Of a stretch of 64,000 bases of DNA, positions 10,273-21,004 are shown one piece after another. Where the stretch lies: the NCBI GenBank assembly GCA_045611765.1, contig JAZKXT010000012.1:119440-183439 (forward strand). The letters run 5' to 3'. The position numbers and the translations under genes are program-made. This stretch comes from Clostridia bacterium (lineage in GTDB: Bacteria > Bacillota > Clostridia > TANB77 > CAG-465). The notes beneath the pieces were generated by a model. That model saw only the letters and a list, made by a program, of their open reading frames with translations. It searched no databases and was not told the origin of the DNA. Numbering within the stretch: the stretch's first letter is position 1; every line of letters begins with the position of its first letter.

Positions 10273-10319
10273 ACAAATATAAGGAAAGAAACCCAAATAA
10301 TAATTTATGGAGGTATATT

Positions 10320-10769
10320 ATGATTACTGCAAAGCAAGCGTTCGAAAGCTACAACAAATGGAGAGATTATTCCCCTACTGAAAAATTCGTTTACAGTGTC
10401 ATGCAAGAGATTATAACGGATGATCTTATAAAAAGAAGATCGACGCAGACGACAGAGCTTCGCTTTTCGACTGATACAATCATCGACCGGATTTTTGTTA
10501 CTGAAGATGTGAAAGGGTTTCCGGTCATCGTACGTTGGAAAATAGGGTATTCTAAGGTACCCGAAGAAATAGCTGGTAAAAGAAAGCATGAGCTACTCGA
10601 TGAACTGGAACGAATGTATAAAAATGGAGAAGAAACCTCTTTTATTTGCCGGGCATTTAATGCACTTGTTCGAGAATTAGAAATAGTTCGTGGCTTTAAA
10701 GTCGCTATTGATTCAAATGGATATACTTTTACTATTTCGTGGGATTTGAAAGATACAAAAAATACATAA
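10320..10769 (+). CDS. Hypothetical protein (149 aa) with atypical, G+C-richer composition
   Basis: GGAGG lies 7 nt upstream of the ATG at 10320. The longer ORF-track start at 10194 runs through a terminator and a promoter. Codon usage differs from neighbouring genes (cga, cgg, tcg, gac). No family recognised. Confidence 0.6.
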   Translation: MITAKQAFESYNKWRDYSPTEKFVYSVMQEIITDDLIKRRSTQTTELRFSTDTIIDRIFVTEDVKGFPVIVRWKIGYSKVPEEIAGKRKHELLDELERMYKNGEETSFICRAFNALVRELEIVRGFKVAIDSNGYTFTISWDLKDTKNT

Positions 10770-10777
10770 TAATTATT

Positions 10778-10809
10778 AAAACCTGTCTACAATTTGTAGA
10801 CAGGTTTTA
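10778..10809 (+). terminator. Rho-independent terminator
   Basis: AAAACCTGTCTAC / GTAGACAGGTTTT perfect stem followed by T residues. Confidence 0.8.
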
Positions 10810-10848
10810 TGCTTTTGTGGTATAATATTGATGTGGAGGTATACATAA

Positions 10849-11514
10849 ATGGTAGAAAGTTTTAGAGAGTTATTAGATAGGGAAAAAGAAAAAGAGTATT
10901 TTATTAAACTTACTGAATTTATAGATAACGAATATGATACAAAACAAATTTTCCCGGCAAGAGAAAATGTAATGAATTCTATGAAATATACGCCATATAA
11001 AAATGTGAAGGTTGTAATAGTTGGACAAGACCCATATCATGGGGAGGGAGAAGCACACGGATTATGTTTTTCTGTAAATCCTGGAATAAAGGTTCCGCCA
11101 TCATTACAAAACATATATAAAGAATTAAAAAGAGATTTAGGATTATATATCCCAAATAATGGTTATCTTTTAAAATGGGCTAAAGAAGGAGTGCTTATGC
11201 TAAATGCAGTATTAACTGTTGTAAAAGACACACCTGGAAGTCATAGAGGTAAAGGTTGGGAAATATTTACTGACGAAGTTATAAAAGAAGTAAATGAAAA
11301 ACACACCCCTGTAGTATTTTTATTATGGGGAGCATACGCAAAAGAAAAGAAAAAATTAATAACTAATCCGAATCACTTAGTATTAGAAAGTTCGCATCCA
11401 AGTCCTTTTTCTGTAAGAAATGGATTTGATGGATGTTCTCACTTTTCTAAAACAAATGAGTTCTTAAAATCTCATAACTTAGAGCCTATAGATTGGCAAA
11501 TAGAAAATATATAA
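10849..11514 (+). CDS. ung: Uracil-DNA glycosylase, family 1
   Basis: Contains VVIVGQDPYHGEGEAHGLCFSV (water-activating loop) and a C-terminal HPSPFS (HPSPLS-type leucine loop). Confidence 0.93.
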   Translation: MVESFRELLDREKEKEYFIKLTEFIDNEYDTKQIFPARENVMNSMKYTPYKNVKVVIVGQDPYHGEGEAHGLCFSVNPGIKVPPSLQNIYKELKRDLGLYIPNNGYLLKWAKEGVLMLNAVLTVVKDTPGSHRGKGWEIFTDEVIKEVNEKHTPVVFLLWGAYAKEKKKLITNPNHLVLESSHPSPFSVRNGFDGCSHFSKTNEFLKSHNLEPIDWQIENI

Positions 11515-11523
11515 GGAGAATAA

Positions 11524-12510
11524 ATGAAGACAAGCGATTTTTATTATAACTTACCAGAAGAATTAATAGCACAAGTGCCATTAAAAGATAGAACAAGCTC
11601 AAGGCTTTTGGTGTTAGATAAACATACTGGTAATTTAGAGCACAAACATTTTAAAGATATAATAGAATATTTAAATCCTGGAGACACATTAGTACTTAAC
11701 AATACGAGGGTTATTCCAGCAAGAATATTTGGCCACAAAGAAAATTGTACGGGGAAGATAGAAGTATTAATGTTAAAAGACCTAGGTGACGATGCTTGGG
11801 AATGCTTAGTTAAACCTGGAAAGAACGCAAGAATAGGGCAAGTAATAGAGTTTTCAGATAAGCTTAAATGTGAAGTGTTAGATATTCTAGAAGAAGGAAT
11901 TAGAAAAATAAAATTTGTATATGATGGCATATTTAATGAAATATTAGATGAAATAGGGGCTATGCCACTTCCGCCATATATAACAGCTGCATTAGAAGAT
12001 AAAGAAAGATATCAAACGGTATATTCTAAAATAAAAGGTTCAGCAGCAGCACCTACAGCCGGATTACATTTTACAAAAGAGTTATTAAAACAAATTGAAG
12101 AAAAAGGTATAAATGTAGCATATGTGACACTTCATGTGGGCCTTGGAACGTTTAGACCAGTAAAAGTAGACGATGTTGAAACACATACAATGCATAGTGA
12201 ATATTATGAAATAGATGAGACTACTTGCAATATAATAAACGAAACTAAAAAAAGAGGAAACAAGGTAATATGCGTAGGAACAACTTCTTGCAGGGTTTTA
12301 GAGTCGGCATCTGAGACAGATGGAACATTAAAACCAAAAGCAGAAGAAACAAGTATATTCATTTATCCGGGATATAAATTTAAAGTTGTAGATAATTTAA
12401 TTACAAATTTCCACTTGCCAGAATCTACACTAATAATGTTAGTATCAGCGCTAGGGAGTAAAGAAAATATAATGAATGCATATGAACAAGCAGTAACTGA
12501 AAAATATTGA
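11524..12510 (+). CDS. queA: S-adenosylmethionine:tRNA ribosyltransferase-isomerase, ending at a premature TGA
   Basis: Typical QueA N-terminus [26 protein letters not shown] and GLHFT motif. The conserved C-terminal motif FFSFGDAM continues in frame after the TGA, at 12511-12546. Confidence 0.88.
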   Translation: MKTSDFYYNLPEELIAQVPLKDRTSSRLLVLDKHTGNLEHKHFKDIIEYLNPGDTLVLNNTRVIPARIFGHKENCTGKIEVLMLKDLGDDAWECLVKPGKNARIGQVIEFSDKLKCEVLDILEEGIRKIKFVYDGIFNEILDEIGAMPLPPYITAALEDKERYQTVYSKIKGSAAAPTAGLHFTKELLKQIEEKGINVAYVTLHVGLGTFRPVKVDDVETHTMHSEYYEIDETTCNIINETKKRGNKVICVGTTSCRVLESASETDGTLKPKAEETSIFIYPGYKFKVVDNLITNFHLPESTLIMLVSALGSKENIMNAYEQAVTEKY

Positions 12511-12574
12511 TTTTTTAGCTTTGGGGATGCAATGTATATAAAAGAATAGTTTAAAAATTAAGGAGGAATAAACT

Positions 12575-15633
<3,059 letters not shown>

Positions 15634-15642
15634 GAGTTTTTT

Positions 15643-17196
15643 ATGAAAAGTAAAAGAGGCGAAAAGAATATATGGGTTATGCTCATAAAACTTGCCATTT
15701 CATTAATAGTTCTAGCATTACAAATAGTTATTTTCTATGTTATATTTAAAGGAACGGCTGTACTAAGTACATATTTTACAACTGCTACTAGAGTTCTTCA
15801 GGTTATAGTAGTATTATACATATTATATGGACATGAGCGTTTGGCATACAAAATTCCTTGGCTTATTATGATAATGTTCTTACCTGTTGCTGGAATTATA
15901 ATATACTTCTTATGGGGTGCAACTAAAGTCGGTAAAAAGATGAGACAGGCAAGAGATAAGACAATTGCAAACTCTCATCATTTACTACAAGATGATACTA
16001 AACTAGTTGAAGAATTAAGTCGTTTAGACAAACAAACTTTAAAGCAAGTAAAATTATTAAGAGAATTATCTAAATATCCGGTATATGCAAATGAAGGAAT
16101 AGAGTATTTAGATATAGGTGAAAGTTGCTTTGAAAGAGTGCTAGAAGATATAAAGAACGCAAAGAGGTATATATTAATTGAGTTTTTCATAATAGCTAAA
16201 GGGAATCTATGGGATAGAATATGTGATGCTTTGGAACAAAAACTTAAAGAGGGTGTACAGGTAACAATAATGGCAGACGGTTGGGGCTCCTTTTTAAGAT
16301 ATCCAAAAACTAAAATGGACCGTCTAGAAAGTTTAGGCGCGAACATTAAGAAATACAATCCTTTGAGGTTTGGCATAAACACATACATAAATTATAGAGA
16401 CCACAGAAAGATAGTTGTTATAGATGGAATTATAGCTTATACTGGTGGAATTAATATAGCCGACGAATATACTAATGAACAAATTAGATTTGGACATTGG
16501 AAAGATAATGGAGTTAGAATTATAGGTAAACCGGTTGAAAGTTATTTAGTTGCTTTTTTAAAGAATTATGAAATTGCAACTAACACAACTCCAGATTATA
16601 ATTGGTATTTTGAAAATAAAGGAAATATTAAGAATACTCAACAATGCGATGGATATAATTTATTCTTTACTGACGGACCAGACAATAGAAAAAATCCTGC
16701 TGAAAGTGTGTACATACAAATACTAAATTCTGCAAAAGATTATGTATATATATATACTCCGTATTTTGTGGCCAGTCCTGAACTTCTAACAGCAATACTT
16801 AACGCAAGTTATAGTGACGTGGATGTAAGGATAATAACACCACATAAACCGGACAAATGGTATATGCATTTAACAACCAGGAGCTATTACGAAGTTTTAA
16901 TAGAAGCTGGTGTTAAAGTTTATGAGTATTTACCAGGCTTTTTACACGCAAAAACATTTATTTCGGATGATACAACTGCAATTGTAGGAAGTATAAACCT
17001 AGATTACAGAAGTTTAAATTTAAATTATGAATGTGGAGCTTGGATGTATAAAACTGGAACGGAAATGGACCTAAAACAAGATTATATGAATACATTAGAA
17101 AAATGTAAAGAAGTGTCATTAGAAGAAATTAAAAATAGAAATATATTGGTAAAAATGTTAGAGGCTATTGTTAATACATTCGCACCATTGCTATAA
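15643..17196 (+). CDS. cls: Cardiolipin synthase
   Basis: N-terminal TM helices and two HKD motifs (HRKIVVIDG..GGINI and HAKTFISDD..GSINLD). Confidence 0.9.
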   Translation: MKSKRGEKNIWVMLIKLAISLIVLALQIVIFYVIFKGTAVLSTYFTTATRVLQVIVVLYILYGHERLAYKIPWLIMIMFLPVAGIIIYFLWGATKVGKKMRQARDKTIANSHHLLQDDTKLVEELSRLDKQTLKQVKLLRELSKYPVYANEGIEYLDIGESCFERVLEDIKNAKRYILIEFFIIAKGNLWDRICDALEQKLKEGVQVTIMADGWGSFLRYPKTKMDRLESLGANIKKYNPLRFGINTYINYRDHRKIVVIDGIIAYTGGINIADEYTNEQIRFGHWKDNGVRIIGKPVESYLVAFLKNYEIATNTTPDYNWYFENKGNIKNTQQCDGYNLFFTDGPDNRKNPAESVYIQILNSAKDYVYIYTPYFVASPELLTAILNASYSDVDVRIITPHKPDKWYMHLTTRSYYEVLIEAGVKVYEYLPGFLHAKTFISDDTTAIVGSINLDYRSLNLNYECGAWMYKTGTEMDLKQDYMNTLEKCKEVSLEEIKNRNILVKMLEAIVNTFAPLL

Positions 17197-17210
17197 TGTA
17201 TTAAATAGAA

Positions 17211-17249
17211 AAGTATTAAGCGGCCATAACAGGCTACTTAATACTTTTT
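17211..17249 (+). terminator. Rho-independent terminator after cls
   Basis: AAGTATTAAG...CTTAATACTT stem followed by TTTT. Confidence 0.75.
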
Positions 17250-17250
17250 G

Positions 17251-17279
17251 TTGAATGTTAGAGGATTTTATGGTATAAT
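17251..17279 (+). promoter_or_regulatory. Sigma-A-type promoter (TTGAAT-17-TATAAT with TG extension)
   Basis: TTGAATgttagaggattttaTGgTATAAT. The spacer is exactly 17 nt. Confidence 0.6.
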
Positions 17280-17329
17280 ATCATTGTTAAATATATAAAC
17301 CTAAATAAATTTAAAAGGGAGATTGAAAG

Positions 17330-17677
17330 ATGGCGACGAAACTTAAGCAAATTGGAAAAAATTCTAAGTATGTTATTTTTGAAGTGGATAGTGAGACCTT
17401 GTTGTATATCCGGGGAATCACCGACGGAATAGTAGAAATTCAGCTTACACCAGGTATACGCATAGAAAAATTTGCTCAAATCATAGAAGGATGTTTTTCA
17501 CCTTTCTCAAACTTTAAAAAGCAGATTTTAATAGCATTTGAATTGCCCATAGAGACCAAAGTAAATGGTATTAAATGTATGATAAACTCTTTGCATATTT
17601 GTACTGCAACTAATAGATTGCATTCAAGAGGATGGATAGTTAATTGTTGGAAAAATATGTTTTTTGAAAGAGTGTAG
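17330..17677 (+). CDS. Hypothetical protein (115 aa)
   Basis: ORF with AAGGGAG upstream. It has its own promoter and terminator. No family recognised. Confidence 0.5.
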   Translation: MATKLKQIGKNSKYVIFEVDSETLLYIRGITDGIVEIQLTPGIRIEKFAQIIEGCFSPFSNFKKQILIAFELPIETKVNGIKCMINSLHICTATNRLHSRGWIVNCWKNMFFERV

Positions 17678-17686
17678 TTAATAAAA

Positions 17687-17717
17687 GACACAGGAAGAAA
17701 ATTCCTGTGCCTTTTTT
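17687..17717 (+). terminator. Rho-independent terminator
   Basis: CACAGGAA / TTCCTGTG stem followed by CCTTTTTT. Confidence 0.75.
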
Positions 17718-17775
17718 GACATATATTAACATAATAAAATACAAACTAAATCATATAATTTATAGAGGTGTATTT

Positions 17776-18558
17776 ATGGTTAAGATATATTTTTTAGGAA
17801 AAGATAAAAGAAGTGAATATTTAAAGAGTATGTATGAAAAAGAAGTAGTCATAGTTAGTAATATTGAACAAGCAGAATATGTAATACTTCCTATACCTTT
17901 TTCGAAGGACAGAGTTCATATAACAGGTGAGCATGTATTAATAGAAGATATAATCAAAAAGTGCGTAAATAAAACAATATTTAGTGGTGCAATACCTAAA
18001 GAATTTAAAAAGCAAATGGAAATAAATAACGTTACATATATAGATTTAATGGAGTTAGATGAAGTGGCTCTGCTTAACGCAATACCAACAGCGGAAGGCG
18101 CTATAGTAAAAGCTATGGAAATGACAGATATAACAATGCACGGAGCAAATGTCTTAGTTTTAGGATTTGGTAGAGTTGCTAAAATTTTAGCAGACAAATT
18201 AAAGGGACTAAATGCAAATGTATTTTGTGCTGCAAGAAAGAAAAAAGACCTTGCACATATAAACGCTTTAGGGTATAATGTAGTAGATATAAATAATGTG
18301 CTAGATGCTATAGATAAAATGGATATAATATTTAATACAGTTCCAACTGTGATATTAGGGTTAAATATGTTGGCTAAATTAAATAAAAACACCGTTATAG
18401 TTGACCTTGCATCGGCTCCTGGCGGGGTAGATTTTAAAGCCGCAGATGATTTGGGTATAAAAGTATGTTTAGAACTAGCTATACCTGCAAAAGTCGCACC
18501 GAAGTCTGCTGCAAGTTATCTAAAACAATCTATAGATAGTATAATATATAATAAATAG
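17776..18558 (+). CDS. dpaA: Dipicolinate synthase subunit A
   Basis: LLNAIPTAEGAIVKAMEMTDITMHGANVLVLGFGRV and DLASAPGGVDFKAADDLGIKV..AIPAKVAPKSAA closely parallel B. subtilis SpoVFA (NSIPTVEGTI..IHGS.VAVLGLGR; DLASRPGGTDF..GLPGIVAPKTA). I prefer the ATG at 17776, which has AGAGGTG upstream. Confidence 0.85.
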   Translation: MVKIYFLGKDKRSEYLKSMYEKEVVIVSNIEQAEYVILPIPFSKDRVHITGEHVLIEDIIKKCVNKTIFSGAIPKEFKKQMEINNVTYIDLMELDEVALLNAIPTAEGAIVKAMEMTDITMHGANVLVLGFGRVAKILADKLKGLNANVFCAARKKKDLAHINALGYNVVDINNVLDAIDKMDIIFNTVPTVILGLNMLAKLNKNTVIVDLASAPGGVDFKAADDLGIKVCLELAIPAKVAPKSAASYLKQSIDSIIYNK

Positions 18559-18572
18559 AAAGAGGGAAAATA

Positions 18573-19406
18573 ATGACAATATTACAAGCGATAATTTTAG
18601 GGATAGTACAAGGAATTACAGAATTCTTTCCAATATCTAGTTCAGCACATTTAATAGCAATTAGATACTTATTTAACTTTGGAACTAGTATGAGTAGTGA
18701 ACATTGGTTGGTTATAGACATAGCACTACACTTTGGAACATTGATGGCTATAGGAATATATTTCTTCAAGGATTTTATAAAAATGTTTGTAGAAGGATTT
18801 AAATTTAAAGGAAGCGATGGAAAGTTAAGCTTTAAAAATTTAAATCACGAAGGCAAAATACTTTGGTATATAATAGCTGCATCTGTACCGGGTGCACTTG
18901 CAGGCGTATTACTAGATGACTTTATAGAAGGTATAGTAAGAAATAACGTATTAATAATAGCAACAACATTAACAATAATGGGTATAGCGTTATATTTTAT
19001 AGATAAGAAGTGTAAGAAAGATACAACAATAGAGAGACTTACATTAAAACAAGCAATTCTTATTGGAGTAGGGCAAGCAATGGCAGTCATACCTGGTTTT
19101 TCAAGAAGTGGAACAACAATGACAGTGGCAAGAAGTATGGGAATGAAAAGAGAATCAGCAGCAAAATTTTCATTCTTACTTGGAGCACCAGCAATGCTTG
19201 GAGCAGCAGTATTTAGCCTTAAACATTTTGAAATGAGTATGTTAAACTTTGAATTCTTTTTGGGAATAGCAGTGTCATTTATAGTAGGATTAATTGCAAT
19301 AAAAACATTAATGGAAATAGTGAAAAAGTCTGGCTTCGGAGTATTCGCGATATATAGATTACTTCTTGCAGTAGTACTTGTAGTTACATATTTAGTAAGA
19401 ATGTAA
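18573..19406 (+). CDS. uppP: Undecaprenyl-diphosphate phosphatase
   Basis: GIVQGITEFFPISSSAHL motif, PGFSRSG motif, and a polytopic membrane profile. 277 aa. Confidence 0.92.
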   Translation: MTILQAIILGIVQGITEFFPISSSAHLIAIRYLFNFGTSMSSEHWLVIDIALHFGTLMAIGIYFFKDFIKMFVEGFKFKGSDGKLSFKNLNHEGKILWYIIAASVPGALAGVLLDDFIEGIVRNNVLIIATTLTIMGIALYFIDKKCKKDTTIERLTLKQAILIGVGQAMAVIPGFSRSGTTMTVARSMGMKRESAAKFSFLLGAPAMLGAAVFSLKHFEMSMLNFEFFLGIAVSFIVGLIAIKTLMEIVKKSGFGVFAIYRLLLAVVLVVTYLVRM

Positions 19407-19442
19407 TGTGAAATATAATAATTAAAATTGGAGGAACAGAAG

Positions 19443-20285
19443 ATGAGTATAGTTGATGTAAAAGAGATAGTAGAAAAGAAAAAAAATTCTTTAAAAAGAG
19501 AAATATTAGACTTAAGAGATAAAGGAATAATACCGAAACTTGCTGTAATACTTGCTAATGATATAGAAGCATCTAGAATATATGTGTCTAGAAAAAGAAA
19601 AATGTGTCAAGAACTTGGGATAGAGGAAGTAGAGTATCTATTTGATACTAAATGTACAACAGAGGACATCTTAGATACTATAGATAAACTAAATAAAAAT
19701 AGCGAAGTAGATGGAATACTTGTTCAACTTCCACTTTTCAAACATTTAGATGAGACCAAAATAATAGATAGCATAGTGCCTGAAAAGGACGTAGACGGAT
19801 TTTCGGCTGTAAATGTAGGTAGATTATATCAAGGGAAACCAACGGTTGTGCCTTGTACTCCTAAAGGCATACTTACTATACTTAAAGAATTAGATAAAGA
19901 TTTAAAAGGTAAGAATGCAGTTGTTGTTGGCCGTTCACAAATAGTTGGTAAACCCATGGCATCACTTCTTCTTAATGAGGATATGACGGTAACGATTTGT
20001 CATTCTAGAACAACTAATTTGCCAGAACATACAAGAAACGCTGATGTGCTTGTAGTAGCTACAGGAGTTGCACATTTAATTAAAGCAGATATGGTAAAAG
20101 AGGATGCTATAGTTATTGATGTAGGAATGAATAGGCTCAAAGATAAATTGGTAGGTGATGTAGACACTGAAAATGTAGCAAATAAAGCGAAATATGTTAC
20201 ACCTGTACCAGGTGGAGTAGGACTTACAACTGTACTTAGTTTAGCGCAGAATGTAGTTGAACTTAGTAAAAGAAGATTAAAATAA
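19443..20285 (+). CDS. folD: Bifunctional methylenetetrahydrofolate dehydrogenase/cyclohydrolase
   Basis: Contains DGILVQLPL, EKDVDGF, VVVGRSQIVGKP, TICHSRT and PVPGGVG. I prefer the ATG at 19443, with GGAGG upstream, over the TTG at 19428. Confidence 0.92.
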   Translation: MSIVDVKEIVEKKKNSLKREILDLRDKGIIPKLAVILANDIEASRIYVSRKRKMCQELGIEEVEYLFDTKCTTEDILDTIDKLNKNSEVDGILVQLPLFKHLDETKIIDSIVPEKDVDGFSAVNVGRLYQGKPTVVPCTPKGILTILKELDKDLKGKNAVVVGRSQIVGKPMASLLLNEDMTVTICHSRTTNLPEHTRNADVLVVATGVAHLIKADMVKEDAIVIDVGMNRLKDKLVGDVDTENVANKAKYVTPVPGGVGLTTVLSLAQNVVELSKRRLK

Positions 20286-20290
20286 TAAAT

Positions 20291-20318
20291 AAATACCTGC
20301 AATTATTTGCAGGTATTT
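20291..20318. terminator. Bidirectional hairpin terminator (copy 1 of the ACCTGCAATTATTTGCAGGT repeat, 20295-20314)
   Basis: AAATACCTGCAA / TTGCAGGTATTT stem flanked by an A-run and a T-run. It lies between the convergent folD and HD genes. Confidence 0.75.
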
Positions 20319-20865
20319 ATTTAATCTCTATATTAATCATATGAGAAATAGTGTCTAACTTATTAATTCTCTGTGCTACTTTAGCAGGATGATGTGCTTT
20401 TGCATCTGCATATTGTAGCTGTAATCGTTTTTTTATTAGTCCTAAATCGTTATCTAGTTGGTGGGGATTTATAGGAGTATCGTGTGTTTTAACAAGATAT
20501 GCTACTCTTTCTACAAAACTCAAGTCAAAACCTATTTTTAACAAAGCTTGACGAGTAATTTTTTCTGAGACTTCAGGGTGCCCGTGGAAATGTCGTATAT
20601 CTCCTTCTTGATAACAAAAAGGTTTGCCAATATCGTGTAATAGAGCTGCCATATTAAGCTCTAAATCTAATGTGTTTAAATTACGTATTACTTCTAATGT
20701 GTGTTCCCATACATCAAGATGATGATGAGGATGCTTGTGATCAAAGCCTATCATATTTTGTATTTGGGGAATTAATTTAAGAAAGAAATTTAAGTTTGAG
20801 GTTATATTTTGTGCAACTGGACCGCTAGATAAATAGTTTGCAATATTTTGCCGCAAAGTTTTCAT
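20317..20865 (-). CDS. HD-domain phosphohydrolase (similar to the HD module of CCA-adding enzymes)
   Basis: 182 aa with HHHLDVWEHTLEV and LLHDIGKP motifs. Confidence 0.7.
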   Translation of the reverse strand: MKTLRQNIANYLSSGPVAQNITSNLNFFLKLIPQIQNMIGFDHKHPHHHLDVWEHTLEVIRNLNTLDLELNMAALLHDIGKPFCYQEGDIRHFHGHPEVSEKITRQALLKIGFDLSFVERVAYLVKTHDTPINPHQLDNDLGLIKKRLQLQYADAKAHHPAKVAQRINKLDTISHMINIEIK

Positions 20866-20926
20866 AACTATTCTCCTTAATACTTATTATATTATAGTAT
20901 TATATTTACAATTCTAAACTTCTAGT

Positions 20927-20955
20927 ATTATACCACAGATGTAACTGAAAAACAA
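20927..20955 (-). promoter_or_regulatory. Sigma-A-type promoter of the HD gene (TTGTTT-17-TATAAT with TG extension)
   Basis: The minus strand reads TTGTTTttcagttacatcTGtggTATAAT-like, with an exact 17-nt spacer and TGgTATAAT. Confidence 0.5.
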
Positions 20956-20968
20956 ATAAATAGAAAAT

Positions 20969-20996
20969 AAAAACCTGCAATTATTTGCAGGTTTTT
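20969..20996 (-). terminator. Hairpin terminator of the T4CP-like gene (copy 2 of the ACCTGCAATTATTTGCAGGT repeat, 20973-20992)
   Basis: AAAAACCTGCAA / TTGCAGGTTTTT stem. On the minus strand a T-run follows. Confidence 0.75.
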
Positions 20997-21004
20997 AAAT
21001 GTTT

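Noticed and set aside
10194-10319. The ORF-track start at 10194 would give a 191-aa product.
   Set aside because: The extension runs through a terminator hairpin and a promoter and has no RBS. The ATG at 10320 has GGAGG 7 nt upstream.
10320-10769. The foreign-looking gene directly upstream of ung could be a uracil-DNA-glycosylase inhibitor (Ugi/p56/SAUGI-like DNA mimic).
   Set aside because: By my count the protein has roughly equal numbers of acidic and basic residues (about 24 each). Known UDG inhibitors are strongly acidic DNA mimics. The only argument is adjacency, and the gene has its own terminator.
12508-12510. The TGA in queA could indicate an alternative genetic code or selenocysteine.
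   Set aside because: Several neighbouring genes terminate cleanly at TGA (for example 3309-3311, 49811-49813 and 54097-54099), and long ORFs are not interrupted by TGA. The conserved residue at this position is Arg, not Trp, Gly or Sec, and no SECIS-like hairpin follows. A CGA-to-TGA mutation is the simpler explanation.
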